Source: Sphingomonadaceae bacterium
GTDB taxonomy: Bacteria > Pseudomonadota > Alphaproteobacteria > Sphingomonadales > Sphingomonadaceae
Length of the DNA: 34,949 nucleotides
NCBI GenBank assembly: GCA_043732725.1
Contig: JAYTHJ010000167.1
Location: 1-34,949 of the forward strand
Direction of reading: 5' to 3'
Shown: positions 29,494-34,949 of the stretch, piece after piece
Layout of the letters: each line of letters opens with the position of its first letter
How positions within the stretch are numbered: position 1 is the first letter of the stretch
The notes under the pieces: generated by a model
Database searches by the model: none
What the model saw: only the letters and a program-made list of their open reading frames with translations
Told to the model about the DNA's origin: nothing
Translations under genes and position numbers: made by a program

Positions 29494-31046
29494 GCAATCG
29501 TCTCCGCAATCAGTACCCGCATTTCCGGCAGGCCATAGAGCTTGATAAACGAGCCCATCCGCGGACCCTGCGAGGTGCCGAGCAGTGTCTCGTACAGCGC
29601 CTTGAACCAGTCGCGCAGCGGCTCGAACCCCGCCGCCTTGCCGGCCTCATAGACCTCGGTCTGATACGCTTCGGCATCCGCTTTGGGGCCAATCGCTGCC
29701 AAGCGCGCGTCGAGGTCGGCGAGCGCCGCCACCTCGCGCGAATCGGGCTTGCGGCGCTGCAGCCCCGGCGCAACGAAATCGCGCGCATAGGCGATCGCGT
29801 AGCGCACCAGCCGATCGATCTCGGGATGCGTCGCGGCGCTGGTGCCGGCGAACGAGCGCGCCACATAGCCCCACAGCACCGCCGGATCAGTTGTCCCGGC
29901 CACCGTCACGAGATTGAGTAGCAGCCCGAAACTCAGCGGCAGGTCGGGCGCCGGCGGCGCACCGTGGTGGATGTGCCAGACCGGGTTACCCAGCTGCTGG
30001 TCGAGGGGCTGCGCGGCGAAATTGCCGATGAAGCTGTAGTAATCGTCAATGGCCTTGGGGATGACGTCGTAATGCAGTCGCTTGGCCTTCTTCGGGTTGG
30101 CGTACATGTAGAATGCGAGGCTCTCGGGCGAGCCGTAGTCGAGCCATTGCTCGATGGTCAGGCCATTATTCTTGCTCTTCGAGATCTTCGCGCCCGCGGC
30201 ATCGAGGAACAACTCGTAGATGAAGCCCGCCGGCGGTTCGGCCCCCAGCAGACGCGCGATCCGGCTCGACAGTGTCACCGAGTCGATCAGGTCCTTGCCC
30301 GCCATCTCATAGTCGACCCCGAGCGCCACCCAGCGCATCGCCCAGTCGACCTTCCACTGCAGCTTGACGTGCCCGCCGGTGACCGGCACCGTTACGGTCG
30401 CGCCGCTTGCCGGATCGGTGTAGCTGACCGTGCCCGCATCGACGTCACGCGCCGTCAGCGGCACCTGAAGCACCACCCCGGTGCGCGGGCATAGCGGCAG
30501 GAACGGCGCATAAGTGGCGCGCCGGTCGGGGCCGAGCGTCGGCAGGATGACGTCGATCACCGCATCGTAGTTCGCCAACACCTTGAGTAAGGTCGCATCG
30601 AATCGGCCCGAGCGGTAGCAGTCGGTCGACGACAGGAACTCATAGTCGAAGTCGAAGCCGTCGAGGAATGCCCGCAACCGGGCGTTGTTGTGCGCGCCGA
30701 AGCTTGCGTGCGTACCGAACGGATCGGGTACCGCGCTCATGGGCTGCCCGAGATGTGCGTGCAGCATGTCCTGCTGCGGCATCCCCGGCGGCACCTTGCG
30801 GAAGCCGTCCATGTCGTCCGAAAACGCGATCAACCGCGTCGGCCGGTCGGACATCGCCTCGAATGCGCGACGCACCATCGTCGTCCGCACGACCTCGCCA
30901 AAGGTCCCGATATGCGGCAATCCCGACGGGCCATAACCGGTCTCGAACACCACCGGCCCGCTGCCGGGCCGCGCCAGCAGCTTGCGCGCCTCCTCGAACG
31001 GCCACGCCTTCGAGGCGAGCACGGCAGCGTGGAGTTCGGTCACCAT
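29490..31046 (-). CDS. lysS: Lysine--tRNA ligase, class I
   Basis: AWPFEEA, FETGYGPSGLPHIGTFGE (HIGH variant), KLQWKVDW, KISKSK (KMSKS variant) and GPRMGSF motifs. Confidence 0.97.
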   Translation of the reverse strand: MVTELHAAVLASKAWPFEEARKLLARPGSGPVVFETGYGPSGLPHIGTFGEVVRTTMVRRAFEAMSDRPTRLIAFSDDMDGFRKVPPGMPQQDMLHAHLGQPMSAVPDPFGTHASFGAHNNARLRAFLDGFDFDYEFLSSTDCYRSGRFDATLLKVLANYDAVIDVILPTLGPDRRATYAPFLPLCPRTGVVLQVPLTARDVDAGTVSYTDPASGATVTVPVTGGHVKLQWKVDWAMRWVALGVDYEMAGKDLIDSVTLSSRIARLLGAEPPAGFIYELFLDAAGAKISKSKNNGLTIEQWLDYGSPESLAFYMYANPKKAKRLHYDVIPKAIDDYYSFIGNFAAQPLDQQLGNPVWHIHHGAPPAPDLPLSFGLLLNLVTVAGTTDPAVLWGYVARSFAGTSAATHPEIDRLVRYAIAYARDFVAPGLQRRKPDSREVAALADLDARLAAIGPKADAEAYQTEVYEAGKAAGFEPLRDWFKALYETLLGTSQGPRMGSFIKLYGLPEMRVLIAETIA

Positions 31047-31115
31047 CTGCTCTCCCTCCCCAAGTGGGACAGCGGTGCAGCGCGTTCAGGTTGATGGACG
31101 CACATCGGCACAGTT

Positions 31116-31520
31116 CTATTCGCCTTCGACAGTTTCAGTTTTGTTCACATCAACACACGCTATACTTGCTTGCGCATGAACGCCTCCTTGCCATACCGAG
31201 CGCTGCTCGCAAACGCTGTCGGTTCGGAATTCGAACATCAGTCTGTCGATCGCGTTGCCGATGGCAGTGTCTTCAGCGATCATCGACGTGATCAGTGTAC
31301 CAAGCTCACGCCGCAGAAGCGCTGCGGCGAACTGCGTCAGCATGGCATAGTCCTCGCCGCCGATGGCGAATACCGGGTTGAGCCGCCACGCCGGCAACGG
31401 CGCGTCGGCGATCCTGCGCAGCGACACGACGAAGCGTGTGTTGAGACCGCTCAGGACGTTCGCCTGGGCATCGAGCAGCAAGTCGGCGGTGCGCTCGGCG
31501 CAGACGTCGATGCGCGCCAT
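31116..31520 (-). CDS. ccdB: CcdB-family toxin, probably degenerate (C-terminal read-through)
   Basis: LLLDAQANVL..LNTRFVV, RLNPVF.I.GE.YAMLTQ and I.NAIDRL match CcdB. Where CcdB normally ends (about aa 98) the sequence reads FEF followed by CGA and continues for 36 more aa. Confidence 0.8.
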   Translation of the reverse strand: MARIDVCAERTADLLLDAQANVLSGLNTRFVVSLRRIADAPLPAWRLNPVFAIGGEDYAMLTQFAAALLRRELGTLITSMIAEDTAIGNAIDRLMFEFRTDSVCEQRSVWQGGVHAQASIACVDVNKTETVEGE

Positions 31521-31771
31521 CAGAACTGGCGGAGCGCTGCCCGCGGTAGCCCCGATATCTCGACCAGCGCATTCGAGACAGTGACGGCAGGGGCGTTATT
31601 GCGACGCCATACGCGGTCGCGTGACTCCGCCACATGCTGCCGCAGACCGTCCTCGCAGGCTTGGGAAAGATTGACGCCGAGTGCCTTCGCCGCGCCAACC
31701 AATGCACTGTCCAGCGTAATATTGGTCGGCCTTTTTGAAACGACCGATCGTTCCGCAGCAATACGCATCAT
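31520..31771 (-). CDS. ccdA: CcdA-family antitoxin
   Basis: RHH KRPTNITLDSALVGAAKALGVNLSQACEDGL, then W..NN and GLP....RQF. TGATG coupling to ccdB. Confidence 0.85.
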   Translation of the reverse strand: MMRIAAERSVVSKRPTNITLDSALVGAAKALGVNLSQACEDGLRQHVAESRDRVWRRNNAPAVTVSNALVEISGLPRAALRQF

Positions 31772-31807
31772 ATACCATTCTGGTGCCAGCATGAATGTAC
31801 ATCCCTC

Positions 31808-34648
31808 ATGCACGTTACCTCTACAAGGATCGGTTCTACCTTGACCGTTCCGCTGCAGCACCACTCCGATCTACCGTATCGCGCGCTGGTCGCAAATCAC
31901 GCGGGCACCTGGATCGCCGGTCCCGGCGGTTATGTCGCCAGCGTCGAGCGCGGCGCAGCGATGCGCGCCGCGGCCGATACGCCGCTCGTGCTGCTCGGTG
32001 CGGTCGTCACCGCCAGTCGTCTCGGGCTGCCCGAGGTTGCCGGGCTCGATCTTCTCGAGCTGTTCGCCTTCATCCACCCTGCCCGCTTCGCCGTGCCGAC
32101 CGCGCGCGGACTAGCGGCAGCATTGGACCTTGCTCCGCCTGGCGACGGCGCCGCCGAGGCGCGTTTCCTGCTCCAGGCCGCCACCGCAATGCTGGCGACG
32201 CTCGGCGATCCGGTGTGGCCAGAGCGCCACGGCGCCTATCAGCTCGCGCAGACGCTGCAGCGGCTGCGCTGGGGCTGGGCGGGCGAGGTCGTCCGGCGCA
32301 TCGCCAGCCCGTCGCGCCCCGAGCGAACGCTGTTCACGACATTGCCAAAGTGGGAGGACGCCTCGCCGCGCCCGCGCCCGCGCGACGTGGCGCTGCCCGA
32401 AGCCGCCGTCGATGCGCGGCTCGACCGGCTGCTCCGGCTCGGGGCCGAGCGCCGCGACGGACAGCGGGCGTTCGCGCATGCCGCGGCGCATGCGTTTCGC
32501 CCGCGGACGCTGGCATCGGCCCCGAATGTCGCGCTTGCCGAAGCGGGGACCGGCATCGGCAAGACGCTCGGCTATCTCGCGCCTGCCGCGTTATGGGCCG
32601 AGACCGCCGGCGGCACGGTGTGGTTGTCGACCTACACCAAGGCATTGCAGCGCCAGCTCGATCACGAGACCGCGCGCGCCTATCCCGATGCGGCGACCAA
32701 ACGCCTCAAGGTCGTCGTCCGCAAGGGCCGCGAGAATTACTTGTGCCTGCTCAATCTCGAGGATGCGTTGCAGGGCGGCTTCGGCGGGCGCGCGGCGATC
32801 TTTGCGCAGCTGGCGGCGCGCTGGGCCGAGTATAGCCGCGACGGCGACATGGTCGGCGGCGACATGCCCGGCTGGCTTGCGACATTGTTCGGCCGCGCCG
32901 CGCTCGCCGGGCTGACCGACCGGCGCGGCGAATGCGTCTACGCCGGCTGCCCGCATTACCGGACCTGCTTCATCGAACGCAGCGCCCGCGCCAGCGCCGG
33001 GGCCGACCTCGTCATTGCCAACCACGCGCTGGTTATGCTCAACGCGGTGCGCGGCCGCGCCGAAGGCCAGGCGCTGACCCGCATCGTCTTCGACGAGGGC
33101 CATCACCTGTTCGATGCCGCCGATTCGACCTTCGCGGTCGAGCTGTCGGGCGGCGAGGCGATCGAGCTACGCCGCTGGATCCTCGGCCCCGAGCGCACGG
33201 CGCGCGGGCGCCGCCGCGGGCTGAGCGCACGGCTCTCGGACCTCGTCAGCTACGACGATGCAGGGGCGCTCGCACTGCAAGCCGCGAGCGACGCGGCACG
33301 GGCGCTGCCGTCGGACGACTGGCGAGCGCGGCTGATCGCGGGCGAGCCCTACGGCCCGGTCGAGCGGTTGCTCGCGGCGGTGCGCGATCAGGTCTACGCG
33401 CGCGCTCACGCCAGCGAGGCCGGCTACAGCCTCGAAACCGAGATCGCCGAGGTCGAGGCCCCGGTGATCGAAGCTGCCGCGGCGGCAGCGCGCGCGTTCG
33501 AAGCGCTGGCGCAGCCGCTTGCGGCACTCGAGGCTCGGTTGGTCGCGGTGCTCGACGATACGCCCGACTGGCTCGACGGCTCGGCGCGGGCACGCGTCGA
33601 GGGGGCGGCGGCGGGGTTGCGGCTACGCTGTCAGCTACTCGGCGCATGGGGAGCGCTGCTGGCGCGGCTCGGCGGTCCGGCCGACCCCGACTTCATCGAC
33701 TGGTTTGCCGTCATCCGCGTCGAGGCGCGCGAACTCGACGTCGGCATCCACCGCCATTGGCTCGACCCGACGCGGCCGTTTGCCAAGGCGGTGCTAGAAC
33801 CCGCGCACGGCGTGCTAGTGACCTCGGCGACGCTGCGTTCGCGGCGCCCGGCAACCGCCGACGAGTCCGATGCCGACTGGCACGATTCGGAACTGCGCAC
33901 CGGCGTTACGCACCTCGCGCTGCCGCCGACGCGGTTCGCGGTCGACAGCCCATTCGACTATGCTGCCAACTCGCGCGTGCTGATCGTCACCGATCTCAAG
34001 CGCGGCGACCTGCCCGCGCTCGCCGTCGCCTATCGCCGCCTGATCGAGGCGGCGGGCGGCGGCACGCTCGGGCTGTTCACCGCGATCAGCCGGCTACGCG
34101 CGGTCCAAGCGCGCATCGCCGACGGGCTCGCCGCCAAGGGCCTGCCGCTCTACGCGCAGCATGTCGACCCGATCGACACCGGCACGCTCGTCGACATCTT
34201 CCGCGCCGAGCCCAACGCCAGCCTGCTCGGTACCGACGCGCTGCGCGACGGTGTCGACGTCCCCGGCGACTCGCTGCGGCTGGTGGTGATGGAAGGCGTG
34301 CCGTGGCCGCGCCCGACGGTACTCCACGCGGCACGCCGCGCCGCGTTCGGCGGCACGGCGTACGACGACCTGATCACCATGGGGCGGCTGGCGCAGGCTT
34401 TCGGTCGCCTGATCCGCCGCGCCAGCGACCGCGGCGCGTTCGTGCTCATCGGACCCGCGGTGCCGTCGCGGCTGCTGGGTGCGTTTCCGGCGGGGACACG
34501 GATCGAGCGGGTGACGCTCGATGTCGCGGTAGCGTCGGTCGTCAAGGAACGCGCGCTGTCGGAAGCGGGGCTGAGCGAGACAGGAGATTCACGCGGTAAG
34601 CTGGCGACCCCCACCCCGGCCCTTCTCGCAAGGGGGAGGGAGCAGTAA
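31808..34648 (+). CDS. DinG/XPD-family ATP-dependent DNA helicase (Fe-S)
   Basis: Q motif RDGQ, Walker A AGTGIGKT, KGRENYLC, Fe-S Cys ECVYAGCPHYRTC, NHA, DEGH, TSATL, GVDVPG and QAFGRLIR. Start uncertain (TTG 31841 possible). Confidence 0.93.
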   Translation: MHVTSTRIGSTLTVPLQHHSDLPYRALVANHAGTWIAGPGGYVASVERGAAMRAAADTPLVLLGAVVTASRLGLPEVAGLDLLELFAFIHPARFAVPTARGLAAALDLAPPGDGAAEARFLLQAATAMLATLGDPVWPERHGAYQLAQTLQRLRWGWAGEVVRRIASPSRPERTLFTTLPKWEDASPRPRPRDVALPEAAVDARLDRLLRLGAERRDGQRAFAHAAAHAFRPRTLASAPNVALAEAGTGIGKTLGYLAPAALWAETAGGTVWLSTYTKALQRQLDHETARAYPDAATKRLKVVVRKGRENYLCLLNLEDALQGGFGGRAAIFAQLAARWAEYSRDGDMVGGDMPGWLATLFGRAALAGLTDRRGECVYAGCPHYRTCFIERSARASAGADLVIANHALVMLNAVRGRAEGQALTRIVFDEGHHLFDAADSTFAVELSGGEAIELRRWILGPERTARGRRRGLSARLSDLVSYDDAGALALQAASDAARALPSDDWRARLIAGEPYGPVERLLAAVRDQVYARAHASEAGYSLETEIAEVEAPVIEAAAAAARAFEALAQPLAALEARLVAVLDDTPDWLDGSARARVEGAAAGLRLRCQLLGAWGALLARLGGPADPDFIDWFAVIRVEARELDVGIHRHWLDPTRPFAKAVLEPAHGVLVTSATLRSRRPATADESDADWHDSELRTGVTHLALPPTRFAVDSPFDYAANSRVLIVTDLKRGDLPALAVAYRRLIEAAGGGTLGLFTAISRLRAVQARIADGLAAKGLPLYAQHVDPIDTGTLVDIFRAEPNASLLGTDALRDGVDVPGDSLRLVVMEGVPWPRPTVLHAARRAAFGGTAYDDLITMGRLAQAFGRLIRRASDRGAFVLIGPAVPSRLLGAFPAGTRIERVTLDVAVASVVKERALSEAGLSETGDSRGKLATPTPALLARGREQ

Positions 34649-34716
34649 GTATCGTTCCCGCAAGAGGCGAACCTCTTTCTGCTCCCTCCCCTCGCGGCGA
34701 TGGCTAGGATGGGGAT
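34607..34716. repeat. REP/CIR-like inverted repeat pair overlapping the helicase 3' end
   Basis: Arm 34607-34645 ACCCCCACCCCGGCCCTTCTCGCAAGGGGGAGGGAGCAG versus the reverse complement of 34679-34716, ATCCCCATCCTAGCCATCGCCGCGAGGGGAGGGAGCAG. They share the perfect core GGGGAGGGAGCAG. Confidence 0.72.
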
Positions 34717-34779
34717 AATCTCACCCCTGAGGCACAAGTGTATGTTAACAAAAGTGCTGATAAGGTCATATCGAACAAT

Positions 34780-34949
34780 TATACCAATCGTCTAATGCCC
34801 TGACACGTTTGCCCAATTTCGTGTTGCGATTGAGGTGATGGTTTCTGGCTCGCTGACGAGTTTGTTCCAAGCGGCGCAGCAAGCATCGACGATGGCGTCG
34901 ATGTTGTCCCAAATCTTGAAGCTGAGTTCGTTTTGGCGGAGATATTGCC
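34780..34949 (-). mobile_element. IS630-family insertion sequence, right end (3' end of transposase, truncated by window edge)
   Basis: The minus strand reads (W)QYLRQNELSFKIWDNIDAIVDACCAAWNKLVSEPETITSIATRNWANVSGH* (stop 34792-34794), a typical IS630 C-terminus. It is followed by ...GATTGGTATA ending in TA. Translated by hand. Confidence 0.87.

Noticed and set aside
31833-31852. Possible LexA box near the helicase start (GTTC...GTTC)
   Set aside because: The spacer is 10 nt, whereas the alphaproteobacterial LexA box is GTTC-N7-GTTC.
31116-34648. DinG plus toxin-antitoxin as a type IV CRISPR or anti-phage system
   Set aside because: There are no cas genes or repeat-spacer array. The helicase looks like the ordinary chromosomal Fe-S DinG, and the TA pair is divergently oriented and apparently degenerate.

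Overview
GC-rich alphaproteobacterial chromosomal segment. Gene content and order point to Sphingomonadales, which is an inference. Both ends carry the 3' end of an IS630-family transposase pointing inward. The two IS630s are different elements, so this is probably a contig broken at IS copies. From left to right: cyoABCD (bo3-type quinol oxidase), an exported M28 peptidase, cysD-cysNC, tRNA-Lys(TTT), folK, a family-5 uracil-DNA glycosylase, a small membrane ORF, a PAS hybrid histidine kinase, tRNA-Gly(GCC) and a proteostasis cluster (CnoX-type thioredoxin, Lon-N protein, Trm112, hslVU). Next come a five-gene sucrose/fructoside locus (TonB-dependent receptor, LacI, GH68, MFS, ROK fructokinase), rpoN, lptB, glutaryl-CoA dehydrogenase, an exported helical protein, class I lysS, a decaying ccdAB pair and a DinG helicase. 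Most of this is recognisable housekeeping or catabolic DNA, and I see no CRISPR array, prophage or defence island. The best candidates for something undescribed are: (i) the Sux-like sucrose locus built on a signal-less GH68 with Gln at the polymerisation-determining position, together with a shared GCAATCGATTGC operator; (ii) a ccdB with an apparently lost stop codon and altered toxic C-terminus; (iii) a sigma54 site divergent from lptB-rpoN; (iv) REP-like palindromes, one of which encodes the DinG C-terminus. All family assignments come from motif recognition by eye, not from database searches.
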